In this document: one piece after another, positions 50,000 through 63,813 of the stretch
How positions within the stretch are numbered: position 1 is the first letter of the stretch
Layout of the letters: every line of letters begins with the position of its first letter
Source of the DNA: Squalus acanthias
Lineage: Eukaryota
Reading direction: 5' to 3'
Assembly (NCBI GenBank): GCA_030390025.1
Contig: CM059432.1
Coordinates: 13,640,001 to 13,704,000, forward strand
Length of the DNA stretch: 64,000 bases
Position numbers and translations under genes: made by a program
The notes under the pieces: generated by a model
The model's database searches: none
The model's input: the letters and a program-made list of their open reading frames with translations, nothing else
Told to the model about the DNA's origin: nothing

Positions 50000-50467
50000 A
50001 AAATTAAATTAAGACTTGCATTTATATAGCGCCTTTCACGACCACTGGACGTCTCAAAGCGCTTTACAGCCAACGAAGTTTCTGAAGTGGAGTCACTGTT
50101 GTAATGTGGGAAACGCGGCTGCCAATTTGTGCACAGCAAGGTCCCACAAACAGCAATGTGATAATGACCAGATAATCTGTTTTTTGTTATGTTGATTGAG
50201 GGATAAATATTGGCCAGGACACCGGGGATAACTCCCCTACTCTTCTTCAAAATAGTGCCATGGGATCTTTTATGTCCACCTGAGAGCGCAGACGGGGCCT
50301 CGGTTTAATGTCTCATCCGAAAGACAGCACCGCCGACAGTGCAGCACTCCCTCAGCACTGCACTGGAGTGTCAGCCTAGATTTTAGTGCTCAAGTCCCTG
50401 GAGTGGGACTTGAACCCACAACCTTCTGACTCAGAGGCGAGTGTGCTACCAACTGAGCCACAGCTGA
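50000..50467 (-). mobile_element. Deu-domain SINE, full length
   Basis: Reverse complement of the 20024 copy, uninterrupted. Confidence 0.88.
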
Positions 50468-50940
50468 CAGTACAGAAGGAGGCCATTCGGCCCATCGAGT
50501 CCGCGCCAGCTCTTTCGAAGAGCCATCCAGTTAGTCCCACTCCCCCGCTCTTTCCCTGCAATTCTTTATCCTTCAAGTATTTATCAAATTCCCTTTTGAA
50601 GGCTACTATTGAATCTGTATCCACCACCCTATCAGGCAGTGCATTCCAAATCCTAACCACTTATTGCGTAAAAAAGTTTTCCTCATGTCATCTTTGGTTC
50701 TTTGGACAATCGCCTTAAATCTGTGCCTTCTGGTTATCGACCCTTCAGCCATTGGAAACAGTTTCTCTTTATTTACTCTATCTAAACCCTTCATGACTTT
50801 AAACACCTCTATCAAATCACCTCTTGGCCTTCTCTGCTCTAAGGAGAACAACCTCAGCTTCTCTAATCTATCCACGTAACTGTATTCCCACATCCCTGGA
50901 ACCATTCCAGTAAATCTCTTTTGTACCCTCTCCAAAGCCT
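50468..50940 (-). mobile_element. CR1 3' fragment with its tail split by a SINE
   Basis: ALERVQKRFTGMVPG; rest of tail (aatcatagaatagt) at 49985-49998. Confidence 0.85.
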
Positions 50941-51439
50941 GTAACATGAATCTATCATTTATTTATGGGCTAAACTTTAAAATCTTTTTTGAATAAACAT
51001 TCCAATAAACACAAACTGGTAAATCCTTCATCTGGATCCAGGACTATTCTGGTAAATATTGAACGATACAGAACATGAAATTCAAATAATAAACGTGCAC
51101 ATTCTCCTTACCCCTCAGACCCAGTTATATAAGCAGATACATTATGCAGGAGGTAAATCTCACCCTCCAACATACCATCAAGAATGCAGCAGTTAAACAT
51201 TTTACCAGGCCTTTCATGAGTATTGCATCGTAATGTAAAGCACACTGGTGCTTTGACTTTTAATTTTGTACTGTCAACCATGTTAAACAGTGCAAGAAAC
51301 CAGAAGAAGGTGGTTGAATTTGATGAAACTTTCATACAGCAGGAACTTGATGTACAAATAATGCTTAGAACAACTTTAGAACTTTCCCCTTAAAGTGGCT
51401 ACTGAGAACTTTGGTTACTACCCATTTGGTTTGGACAGG

Positions 51440-52053
51440 ATTATCTGGTTTTTGAGTGGGCTGTCTGGAAATGTTTTATATGACACCTTACCCACCCAGC
51501 GGAAACCAGGCGAATGGGCAGTTAAAATCAACCGGGTGAATTACCCGCCAATTTCCCACCTGGACCCTGCCAACCCGCGGGGTCCTTCTTTAAATATGTA
51601 GATCAGGATCCGACAATGTCATTGGGCTCTGACTGCAATTTTAACACTGGCTGAGTGGAGAAGCTGCCATAGCTTTCCCGCCAAGGCAAAACAGCGGGAA
51701 AAGGATCCTGAACTAGAAGGCAAGTTTTTTTCTTAAGCTTTCCTTGTGGGGAGGTTGCTCGGAGGAACAGGAGTGTTTAAGGACAAGGAAAGTTTAAGCC
51801 TCCTCTGTCCCCGGGCTCCCCCTTGCCTACTGCGAGACCACTCCCAAAACCCCCTCCCCGTGACTTAGCTTCTTGCTGAGGAGCCTCCCTTTGCTGCTGG
51901 CTCGAGGCCTCGTGCCGTTTAACTTCTACTCCCTCCTGCTGGGCAGCTGATCAGCAGGAGGCAGATGAGGCTAGCGAGTTAAAAATCGCCGTGGTTGGGT
52001 GCCTTTGGCGCTCGCCCTGCTCTCCCGAATCCCGCTCCCAGTTAAAATTCCCC
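51440..52053. mobile_element. GC-rich old non-autonomous DNA element, unclassified
   Basis: CpG/GC-rich block with repeated gttaaaat motifs ending gttaaaattcccc; left TIR not resolved. Confidence 0.35.
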
Positions 52054-52299
52054 CGATAAGACTTTTCTTACTACAAAGTTGCTTAATTCAAATGATCTGA
52101 TAAATAAACATTTTAGCACTAAATTGCCACTTTGCTGTGTTATACGCACATGCAGACGATTGTTCAGAAACAAGGATGATGTGGAAAGTCTGAGATCAGT
52201 ATAGTATAATATAAATAGCAGAATTATCCCCAAATTATCTCGGCTAGAGTTTATAGCATTTACAGAGGTACCACGCAATATGAAATGCTGTTGCTGCTT

Positions 52300-52972
52300 G
52301 TCTGACATCTAATATTGGATGAGAAATTTTCTCCAATTAAATATTGGGAAGACCAAAGTCATTTGCTTCGGTCCCCGCTACAAACTCAGTTCCATAGCTA
52401 CCGATGCCATCCCCTCACTGGCCATTGTCTGAGGCTGAACCAGACTGTTCACAACTTCGGTGTCCTACTTGACTCTGAGCAGAGCTTCTGACCCTCTCCA
52501 TCACCAAGACTGCCTACTTCCACCTCCATAATATCGGCAGTCTCCACCCCTGCCTCAGTCTATCTGCTGCTGAAACCCTCATACATCCTTTTGTTAACTC
52601 CAGACTCCACTATTCCAATGCTCTCCTGGCTGGCCTCCCATCTTCCACCCTCCGCAAACTTGAGCTCGCCCAAAATTCTGCTGCCCGTTGCATCAAGTTC
52701 CGTGCACACATCATCCCTGTGCTCGCTGGCCTACATCGACAGCCGTGCCTTCAGCTGTCTGGGCGCTAAGCTCTGGAATTCCCTCCCTAAACCTCTCCGT
52801 CTCTCACTACTAACATGTTCCTTAAAACCTACCTCTTTGATCAGGCTTTTGGTCACCTGTCCCAATATCTCCTTACGTTGCTTGTGTCAAATTTTGAATG
52901 ATGGCACTCCTGTGAAATGCCTAGGGACATTTTACTAGGATAAAGGCACTATATAAATGCAAATTGTTGTTG
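52300..52972 (+). mobile_element. L2-type LINE 3' fragment
   Basis: Homologous to 18570-19262 with an internal deletion. Confidence 0.8.
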
Positions 52973-53454
52973 ATTTGCATAGCACCTGGATCCCTAATCT
53001 TGTGCATATAAGAATGTCTCCCCCCCACCCCCCCCCACCTGATTTCACTTCCTTTTTCCTATTTATTTTTGGTCTTTCTTGCTTGCAAAAATAGAGATTG
53101 TTAAAGTCATTCCTCACACCTTTACTAGTGTGCTTCCAAGACATGCAACAGGTCTTATTACACTTGTAACTCCGTAAAGAACTATAAAGAGAGAACAGTT
53201 TCACATAACAATGGAAGGGAAGGATGTTATTTGAAGATGTTTCGCGTCACTCAGGCCGTTTCAGGATTTCAACACAGGAGTAATCAGTTACTTGCTTCTT
53301 TGCTTCCCCCCCCCCCTATCAGTATTCCACTTAATGTCACATTAATGGAGCTGTACAATATATATTCTCTCCATGTCCCTCACCAAAACAAAAAGTAAAA
53401 CACCCACTTTGAGTGTCTGAAGTTCATCTATCTATATGCTGCCAACTGAGCAAA

Positions 53455-54080
53455 TAACAACAACTTGTATTTATATAGCGCCTTTAATGTAGTAAAACGT
53501 CTTAAGACGCTGCACAGGAGTATTATAAGACAAAAAATTTGACACCGAGCCACATAAGGAGAAATTAGGGCAGGTGACCAAAAGCTTGGTCAAAGAGGTA
53601 GGTTTTAAGGAGCGTCTTAAAGGAGGAAAGAGAGGTGGAGGTGTTTAGGGAGGGAATTCCAGAGCTTCGGGCCTAGGCACGGCCACCAATAGTTCAGCAA
53701 TTATAATTAGGGGCCCTCAAGAGGGCAGGATTAGAGGAGCGCAGATATCTCGGGTGGTTGAGGGGCTGAAGGAGATTACAGAGATAGGGAGGGGCGATGC
53801 CATGGAGGGATTTGAAAACAAGGATGAGCATTTTGAAATCGAGGCGCTGCTTAACCAGGAGCCACTTGTAGGTCAACGAGCACAGGGGTGATGGGCGAAC
53901 GGGACTTGGCGTGAGTTAGGACACGGGCAGCTGAGTTTTGGATGACCTCAAGTTTATGTAGGGTAGAATGTGGGAGGCCAGCCAGGAGTGCATTGGAATA
54001 GTTAAGTCTAGAGGTAACAAAGAGGTAACAAGAATGGAACCAGGCGAGTGCAGTCCCACCCAGCTGGACGATGGTGGATA
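53455..54080 (-). mobile_element. L2-type LINE 3' fragment
   Basis: Near match to 23669-24270. Confidence 0.85.
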
Positions 54081-55048
54081 CAGGCCAGCACTGCTACCTG
54101 AGTCAGAAGGTTGTGGCTGCAAACCCCACTGCTCGAAGAAATGTAGGACCTGATCTGTGAAGTGCTTTAGGACACAGGAGGTGAAAGGTGCTATATAAAT
54201 GCAAGTTTTCCTTTTTCTATTAAAAAGCATCCTTCTTCATTTAAGGAGCCTGCTTCAGAAGGCCAGGTCCGAGGACTTGCCTATGCCCAGTTTTTATGGG
54301 CAAGGAATGTGCTGCAGGTCCAGCACAGGGTGGGACACTTTCTAATGTATTTCAATTATGCAAATTAGTAGCTCTGCCTCATTATTTGCTCAAAAATCAC
54401 CTGTCGGGAAATTGGACGCCCCACAAATTGACCAGGTATCTAATTTTCTGACCCACACCTGCTGCCCGCGAGACCCTATGTTGCTGGCGGGGCCTTGCAA
54501 ATCAGTGCTACTGTATTCCAGCATGAGTCAAAACCCTCATCAGGAGAAAAGCAGCAGTGAAGAATTAATGACAATAATGTACTGTAGGTGTGACATTACA
54601 CTATTATCTTAAGATTCTATGTAGTTGAAAAGATTGAAACATAAGTTCCCTGTATATTGCCCCCACCCCAATGACAAAAATGGCTTTGGAAGGAACCCTG
54701 CAATGTAAAGACAGTGCCATCAGTGGGAGCCATTTAGCAATGTTCTTGGACAACATCTTGGGCCTGGCTACAGGTAGACTATGGTTTGAGTGCAGACAAG
54801 TTGATTGGGTATTAAAGAAAACTGACTCCATTCCGTTATGGAATTCCTTCCAATGGAAGCAGCTAAATGTAAAACATCCATTAAAATCCAACATTAAGGA
54901 CTAAAGGGTTCACGTTGTGTACTCTACTTAGGCACTTCTTGAATAAATAATTCAAGCGAGATTGTTAGTCAACTTGCAAACTAAATTTACTGCTTTGAGT
55001 CACTTAAAATAATGAGCTCTATAAATTCTTTTAAGGGAGAACACTTAC

Positions 55049-58000
55049 AGTTGGTATGCAAAGCTTGCTCAAAGGGTTTCCATCCAGCAGGTATGATCCA
55101 GTGAATGTAACAAATTCATCGTAAAACTGTGGTGCTTGAGGAGTGACACTACATAGCACTTTACGCTTCTCTTCTATTTTCTTTCTAATGTGGAGATATT
55201 CATAGTAAGGGTTTGCCTTTTCTGAATGATAAGGTTGAATCTCTTCTAATTTTAAAGAATCTACAATGGCTGCCAGTGACTGCTGAGTCTTTTCCTTAGC
55301 CTGCTGCAATGTGGATTTCACTTGCGCAGGATGTGGAACTCGTGACATCTTTCGTTTATGTGGATGGTGCACCTGACCTTCTTCCTCCTCTGTAAACTTA
55401 GACTTGCTTTTCACAGGTGTGGAAGATTCTGTATCTTTGTCAGACACCGGTGCACAGTTGACAGCAGACTGTTTGCTTTGATTGGCCAATAGGTTTGCTC
55501 TGTTACGAGTAATCCTCTGAGGAATATCTTGTTCTGTTCGGTCAGCTTCCATTTGCTCATCTGACTCGTCTTTTGTTGACTCAGTGGACTGCCTTCGTTC
55601 ATCTGGCGCTGCTTCATACATCATTACAGCATCTTGACCAGCAGTCGTAGAAAGTTGAGAAACTTCCATCTCCAATGAGGAATCTTGGTCCTGAGCTTTA
55701 CTTTCCAAGGACTGAGGTTGGTCACTTACTGAATTTGTGTGTACATGTTCAGTGGAAGGTATTGCTTCAGGCAGTTCTTCTCTTGGCTCAGATGGCATTT
55801 CATCAACTGAGGCTACTGGCATTTTGTCTAATACTGAGCTCTCCTGATTACATGTTGGCTCATGACTGGTTGAAGTTATATTTTTTGCACTTTCTTCTGT
55901 CTTTTCTTGAGATTCAGTTAATATACTCTGCACAGTCCTCGTTTGGTCCACAAGGCTTTCGTTCATATTATTGCTATCCGATAATGCTGTGGATGATGGA
56001 GAGAAACTCTCTTCCAAGCCTTGCATTTCATCTGGTTTGCAATAATTTGACACATCTTCCACAGTCTTCTGACTTGGAAGGTCAGCATTTATGTCATGAG
56101 GAGGATATTTAGCATCCTTCTCATCAGCCATTCCTGCACATTCTGCGTGTGGTTTGCATGAACTTGAAGTCTGATCTGTATCTTGCAAAGGTTGAGTTTG
56201 TGGTAAATCTTCTTGAGGTGTACACTTTGGCCAAAAGAGCACTCGAGGTGCACTGTCACTGTCTAATGATGACCGCGTACAAGAAGAATTGGAAGAATGT
56301 GTAGGTGAAAAATAAGATGGTGCTTCTAGATTTGCCACTTGGGAAGACTCAGTGCAAGGTCTCTGTGGAGACTTAGATACCAGTTCCGATGTCAACTGGT
56401 CTGAACATCCCCACTCTTGTGAAACATGCTGTAATGGGCTGAAAATGTTTTTCTCACAAGCTGTCGAAGATGAATATCCATCATTATTACTGTGTGAAGG
56501 GACATCAAGCCTATCAGAAGTCATTTCCAATGGTTTATCTGGCTGAATATCACCAATCAAACAGTTTAGTTGTGGCTGTACAACAGGCATCTGCTGAGAA
56601 GTATTTTGCATTATTACGCTGTTGGGATTTGCATCCTGTGATAAATAATTAGTGCTACTTGGCACAATGACAGCTGGCGGCGTGGAAACAGAGAGCTGTA
56701 AACAGGTAGTACTATTAAATGTGGCCTCTTCAGTGCCACTGTCTGGAAGTGGTTCTGGTCGAGGAGAAGTACAGGCTTGGGGTTGTACTGCTGGTGAAAA
56801 ACTATATTGTTTTTCACTTGAAAGCAGATTACCTTCAAGTTGCTTGTGGGACGGTTTATCATGGTCATTTGCAACGGCTGGTATACTGCATCTCCGAATA
56901 TCACCTACTAACCGACATTCATTCTCGTATCTAGCATTGTCAGCAGAGACTGATCGCAGATAAGATCCTGAAAGTTTACTGGAATATGGCGATTTAAGTC
57001 GATCTGGCAAATCAGCTAAAACATCAGAGTCTCGGTCATATACAGCAGGTGATTTGGCACTGGACAGAAATACTGATTGAGAAAAGGAAGACTGAGACTC
57101 AGAACCCTCAATAGTGAAATCTGAATCATAGTCTGTTAAAGGCCGTGGCGTTGCTACAGCTGAAGTCTGACAGGAATCTTCTGAACTTGCAACAGAAATC
57201 ATTGATATAGATCTTGAGGTAAGCCCCACCCGATCACGTTCTTGTCTGGGAGATGCAGTTAAATTACTTTCACAACTTATGAAAGGTCTTGGTGTATCTG
57301 GCAAATTCTGTTTTGCATCAGTGGACAGTGATCTCACATTGTTAACATCTTTCAGCTGCTTGTCTTTAGAGTGTGCCTCTGATGGATCTGAACTTTTCGA
57401 TCTAGTAAGCTCTTTGCTTGCTGTTGAACTCTTCAGTTTTTCTCGTTCTTTTATTTTTGTGAGCTCAATGCCAGATCGATGCCTCTGTCGTTCCTTCTCT
57501 TTCAGCTTTATCTTCTCTTTGTGTTTTTTGTGCCATTGCTCAATCTCTAAATCCTTTAGACTTAGCATTCTTTCAAAACTGGTCTGCATTAAGTCATCGT
57601 TTACTAGTCTCTTCTCTTTTGGCCGCACATCCTTTGCAGCACTAGAGTCTTTAGACTTCAGTTTGTCAGCTTCTGCTTCTTTAAGCTTTGCTTTAACAGT
57701 GACATTTACTGGTACCCTCTCTTTTTGTCTGTCTTTTTCCTTCCTTTCTTTTTCTTTTGTTTCAGGAGTTTTAAGAAAGTCCTCCTTGATTTTATCCTTT
57801 GAGGAAAATAATTTATCATGAGATGCTTTGCTGCTCTCAACAGTGCTGCGTTTCTTCTCCTCTGGTAAGTGCTTGGAGTTTGACACAGGGTCACCCTCTC
57901 TTTCCCTGGATTTCTCTTTCTTCTTCTCTTTTTCTAGATCTCTGTCTTTTTCTTTGACTTTAACTTTGTCAGCTTTACTAGGAGTGACGTCTTGAGAGTC

Positions 58001-59973
58001 TTTTTCAGATAATTTAGCCTTCTTCTCGGTAGCATGCTTTTCTTTTTCCACTTTGTCCTTCATCCCACTGGAATGACGTTCCCTTTCACCTTTTTCTCTC
58101 TCATGTTTCTTCTCCAGTTTTTCTTTACTCTTTTCTTTCTCCTCAGGTTTTTTGACTGAGAATATATTCTTCAATTTATCATTTTCCCGGTGGATCTTTT
58201 CTGCAGTGGAATACAAGTTACTAGATCGATCTTTTTCTTTTGTTCTCTCTCCAGTGTCTTGTAATTTACTAAGTGTTTTTTCCTGCGATTTTTCATGGAG
58301 CTCGGATTTCTCTTTCTCCAACCTATTTTCGTGTTTTATTTTCTTCTCTCTATCAGAATATTTTTTCTCTAACTTTTCCAAGTCCCTCTCTTTAGTCGGG
58401 GACTTTTTTTCACTTTTCTCTTTGTTTTCCTTCTTTTCTCTATCTGGAGTATCAGATTTGTCTTTATCTGTACCTTTTTCTTTCTCAAATAACTCTGTAT
58501 GCTCTTTCTTCACAAAGACACTTGAGTAAATTGAGTCGTCTTTGTCCGCAAGCACAATTTCCTTTCTTTCTTCCAGATTTGTAAGTTTAATTTCTTTTTC
58601 TTCTTTAGAGTGCTTTTCCTTTTTATTCTTTTTCGACTTTTCCTTCTCTCTGTCGTCTTTGGAAGATTTTTCTTCCTTACAATACTTCTCCTTTGTTGTT
58701 TTCTCTTCTTTAACTGGAGTTTTATCTTTCAATGACTTTTCTGATAGGACTAAATCAGAGGTTTCATCTTTGAGTGTTTCATTAGTGTCATCGTTTTTGA
58801 AGAAGTTCTCTTTCCAGTATTCTCTATCAAACTCAGGATATACTTTTTCACTCTCTTTTTGTCTGTGTTTTCCCTTTTCATTTTCATGTTCTTTTTTAAT
58901 TTTGTTTTTCTCTTTATCTTTATGCTTTAGTTTATGCTTTTTTATAACTTTGCCATCCTTGTCAGTCTTTTTAAACACCTCTTCCATGTTATCAAACATG
59001 CCCGTCTCCTCCTCTTTGCTTCTCTGTCCAGACTTTTCGCCAAATTCTACATGCAGATCCTTTTTGCGATGTTTAGTCTTTGTTTTGTACTTAAAAGACT
59101 TATTGCTGGAACTCTCAGAGGTGTAGTCAGAGTCTGTCAGGTGATCAAATCGCACAACTTCAGATTGAAGAGACATGTCTGAGGCTCCTGATGATGGGCC
59201 AGTTTTGGCATTTTCCTGTTTAAGTGGTTTTGCTCGTTTTTCATTTAACCCACATGTATGCTTAGGTGACTTGGCAGTTGAAAGGTGGAATTGATGACCT
59301 GAAGAATCATCTTTCATACATAAAGACTTTCTGAATGAATCCTCCTCTCTTGTACGGTCTAATGAGTCCAAACCAGAGCAAGTGGAGAAAAGCATCAATT
59401 TAGCATTTTCCTTCTCTTCTTTCTCCTGCTTGAACTCCTGGTTCTCTTTATTTTTACTTTGTTTCTTCATTTTTTTCTTCCCTTTTCCCTTCTCTTTCTG
59501 TTCAACGGTAACCAGGTTTTCTTTCTTAGTCCTTACATCAGATTTACTGCTATCTGGAACAACATCCAGAGAGCTTGTTGAACAAGTTTTTTTCTCTTGA
59601 TGTGGCTCGTCATCTGAGCTTTCAGAGCTAGATGAAACAAGAACTCTTGGCGATTTCTGCTTTTTAATTTTGAATGGTTTCTGCAATTCTAGCTTTGGTG
59701 GTGTTAAATAGCTGCTGTTCTCTTTCACAATGCTCTTTTTACCATCCTTTCTTCGAATCCTTTTCTGATCTACAAGCTTGCCCATTTCTTCCTCCTCTTC
59801 ATCATCTTCCTCATCATCATCCTTGAACTCGTATTCATCCAGAGCAGATGACGCAACTGATTTGCAGGGTGTCAATTGTTGGTTAGTATCAGTTTTTAAT
59901 TCTTTTTCTACTTCAGAATCATCCACATTGTCATCCACACTAGACGGATTCACAGAAGGTAACTCTTCAGATT
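55049..59973 (-). CDS. ANKRD12: ANKRD12 giant coding exon (4,925 bp; Lys/Glu-rich then Ser/Pro-rich)
   Basis: Lies within the 1651-aa ORF; contains SVNPSSVDDN, KEKRLVNDDLMQTSFERMLSLKDLEIEQWHKKHKEKIK and NPYYEYLHIRKKIEEKRK...LLDGNPLSKLCIPT; TTTCTAG acceptor before 59973, GTAAGT donor after 55049; phase 1 in, phase 0 out. Confidence 0.96.
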
Positions 59974-60889
59974 CTAGAAAGTACAAAAAAAATGAAGTTT
60001 ACAGTAGGAAATGGCACATTTTTCAAGTCCTATTGCAAAAACTTTCTAATGGTACTCACGGCATAACGACATATGAAACAATGTTTGTAAGATCACAGTA
60101 AGCCCCAGTCAGACATATTCCTATTAAGTGCATTTTTACAAATGCCAAATGTTCCAATATTCATGTCTGTAAAGGATTATTTCTATTGTGTAATCAGTGT
60201 AAAAACCATAATCATTCAACAAACCCAATATAACCCAAAGATACATTATCAGGTACGTGTGCGTATAAAGAAAGAGAACAGGAGTTGCAATATTGGAGAC
60301 CATACCACTAGAATGTGAGAACTTAAAAATAGTGAAGTGGTATACAAAGGGAATCCCTTTGGATTGACTATTAACAAGGGATCAGTCACACTACTGGAAG
60401 TGTACTATAGAGCAGTGGAGAGGAAATTGTGGATTAACTTTGTAGACAAATTAGCAATTGAGATAATGTAGATTTTAATTATTCAAAATTATATGGAAAA
60501 TGTTTGTAGCGAGATAGGGGAGTTTTTTTTATTAGCAGTGTGTTTAGGACTCTTTCTCAGTCAATATGTTGAAACTCCAGTGAGAAAAGAAGCACTATAT
60601 TATCTGGTTCTGCATAATGATTACCTTAAAGGAGAGAAACACTTGGGAAGCAGTGATCATAAAATAATTAGGTTCAGTGTAAGAAGAGGAAAAAAATTAG
60701 GACAAGGGTAGCTACAGGAAGAAAGCAAATTAAGTGAGATTAAAAAGTGATCTTTTCTGGACTGAATGGAAGGAAAATTGGTAAATAGAACCACAGATTA
60801 GCAATGGTAAATATTTAAATAGGAGATGGAGAGTGTATATATTATGTACAGCCTGGTAATGAAAAAAAGAGTATGTTAAAGAATGGTTT

Positions 60890-61163
60890 TCCATGGATGA
60901 AGCGATTAGGCCGGCTGTTAGTTAAAACATTTTCTGCACCCTTCAGCTTTAATTTTTTGCACCGTAACTTGCTGGAAGTGCAAACTGATAACAGCGTGGC
61001 CATAGCAATGGGGTTCTGGGACCATAATGAATGGCGGGACCAACAGTCTCTCTTTAACCAATGAGATTTAATGATTGAGAAAGAAACAGAGCAACGACAG
61101 AGAAGAGGGTGAATTAGAGTCAAATCAGGTACAGAAAGAGAAATAGAGGGAAAGAAAGATTGG

Positions 61164-61210
<47 letters not shown>

Positions 61211-61636
61211 GAGACAGAAAGGAAAAGCAAATTTTAAATTTGAGAATTATAGAATCTCTAACAATAATTGACTACATGCAGGAATGAGACTGAACAGTTT
61301 AAATTGTTTCCTTTTTAGGCCAGAGAGGTTGATTGGGATTGCATTAACAATGATTATGTTGTTAAAAACGTAACCACACTCAAGTTCCAGCCCCAACTTT
61401 CTGCGGTAAGTTTAATGGTCAATAATTGTGCAAATCCAGTAAGTTCTTAAAAATAACAGGGAGGCTAAGGGCAAGATGCCGTTTGTGTGAAGCAACGGCA
61501 TAAATCGAACAGCAAGTTCTGGAGATTCACAACTCGAGTGTATTTCTCAATCCTTTGAACTTGCTGGCCGAATTGCGCATTACTAACAGCGTGTGTGTCG
61601 TTAACACGCCGTTATTTTTCCAGCGAGATCCAGCCC
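60890..61636. mobile_element. Diverged inverted relative of the 39357-40104 element, interrupting an old CR1
   Basis: Ends ...cagcgagatccagccc; internal ccagagaggttg and ggaatgagact match the reverse complement of 39675-39725. Left boundary uncertain. Confidence 0.55.
61167..61203 (+). repeat. (GA)n microsatellite
   Basis: Uninterrupted GA run. Confidence 0.95.
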
Positions 61637-62442
61637 ATAAGATCAGATCAAATTAGAAACTAAAAATAGCATGTATTACGTTCATGGCGGATAGTAGAGG
61701 AATAAATATATAAAATATGTATGGGAAAGCTACAAAAAAGGATTAAGAAGGCCGAGACTAAAAGGAACTTTCTTGGACTGGAAAGATGTGGTGTTCTGCT
61801 TTTATTTACCATGTACATAAATGATCTGCTCATAGGAATAGAGGGAACAAAATCAAAATTGCTTGATGATACTGAACTAGAGTATGGTAAACTGATGAAG
61901 ATTCTGAAAGGAGGACACAGAGGCTAGTAGGATGAGGAGAGAGATGGCAGATGTCATTTAATGTAGAAAAAATGACATTTTTTGGAAACAAGAATAAGGA
62001 AAAGAGATACACCTTAAATAGTAAGATTTTAAATGGAGTAGAGAAGCAGAGGGACCTTGATGTCAGATACATGGATATTAAAGGTTGCAGAGCAAGCAGA
62101 TAAGATCACGCAAAAGATAAATGGAATCCATATAACTACAAAAGTTGACAACTCCAAAGTGTCTCTGAATATAAGCCGATAGCATGTGAAAAGCAATTAC
62201 ACTAAAAGTGCAGTGGGACATGGCTTGTAGATATAACCAACATTCCTTGACTTGTATTGGAGGAATAAACAGAAGAGACTGAACCAGCAGGAGGGGGGCA
62301 AAAGATCCCAGAAAAGCAGGGGGAGGCGGAAGAAACAGATGATGGAAGGTAGCATTGGTTACAAAATTCTTGTCCATAGTATGAGAATTTACAGTTCTGT
62401 AAATTACAACTTCTCTCATAACTTTGGGACTACTGAAATAAT

Positions 62443-62992
62443 ACAAAAGCAAAATACTGTGGCTGCTGTAAATCTGAAATAAAAACAGAAAATGCTGGAA
62501 ATACTTTAATTCTCCACTCCACTCCCACTCTGACCTCTGTCCTTGGCCTCTTGCACTGTTCCAACAAAGCTCAACACAAGCTCGAGGAACAGCACCTCAT
62601 CTTTCGATTCGGCACTTTACTGCCTTCTGGACTCAACATCGAGTTCAACAATTTCAGATGGCAGCTGTTGATGATTCTGTCATTCTCATTTACACCTCTT
62701 CTAGATCCATCTTTTGTTTCTTTACCTGTCCCATTACCACCTCCTTTTGCTTTGTACAATCATACCTTTTGTCAGTTAATCACTCCTGCCTTCCCCCCAT
62801 CACAGACCTTCCCTTTTGTTCTTTTCCACTCCTCCCACCCTTTCCCTGCCCCATGCACTTGCTTAAAATCTGTTACATCTCTAACTTTTTCCATTTCTGA
62901 TAAAATGTCATCGACCTGAAACCTTAACTCTGTTTCTCTCTCCACAGATGCTGCCTGACCTGTTAGTATTTCCAGCATGTTCTGTTTTTATT
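62443..62992. mobile_element. Penelope 3' fragment with internal inversion
   Basis: 62443-62505 is the terminal end in minus orientation; 62506-62992 is the adjacent segment in plus orientation (KLEEQHLIFRFGTLLPSGLNIEF); TSD actactgaaataat(a) at 62429-62442 and 62993-63006. Confidence 0.85.
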
Positions 62993-63333
62993 ACTACTGA
63001 AATAATATTGACAGAAGGAAGCCAAAGGGGCAGGAGAGCAAAATTTCCTAAACCAGCTGACTTTAGTGAATCCTTTGGAAAAGAATGAAAAATTGAGATT
63101 TCGAAGCTATTTTTTTCCCCCAAAAGTGTTATCTGTAGACTACAGGATAGACTTAAGATTTGTATTCTATTTTTACTGCCAGCATTAAATAGAATTGAAT
63201 GTATTCTCTTATGAAATGTAATACATTTAACTGGAATATACAGGTAGAAGTCACTTAATATTATGAATAACTAGATTTATACTATGCTTCTACAATGCCA
63301 AAACTGCACAGCAAGGCTAGGATGTTGATTTTA

Positions 63334-63504
<171 letters not shown>

Positions 63505-63813
63505 CTAGGGAGAAAGATATTAGGGTGAAAAGTTGAAAATTGCTGTTCCTACATACAAAGGTAACAGGCTTAGCGAAATTACACTTTAAAGCAGTGTGGG
63601 AATACTATAAAACTGAGCAAACCGTCAATCTTGGGAGTGTTTTGGGGCAGAAGTTTGTATTTAAAATGTATCGTACTAATCACTTCTGAAAGGAAGATAG
63701 TGATGACTGGCGAGCCACATAACCTATATACTCCTGGAAGTTTTCTGATGCTTTCACAACAAAGGTCAAAAGTAATTAGCAACTTGTATGCAGACTGTTT
63801 ACTCCAACAATGC

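Larger units (their letters stand above)
60250..62140 (+). mobile_element. Very old CR1 ORF2 remnants (APE at ~60.3-60.7 kb, RT at ~61.8-62.1 kb)
   Basis: GEKHLGSSDHKIIRF and LLFTMYINDLLIGIEGTKSKLLDDT. Confidence 0.6.

Noticed and set aside
57279..59600. Plus-strand Ser/Phe/Leu-rich ORFs of 70-194 aa
   Set aside because: Antisense shadows of the K/E-rich ANKRD12 exon.
59974..59986. Start of the 1651-aa ORF (MYFL...) and its end (...VSVLP*) as a single-exon gene
   Set aside because: The ORF overruns the splice sites at both ends; in-phase neighbouring exons exist at 63351-63504 and 40398-40496.
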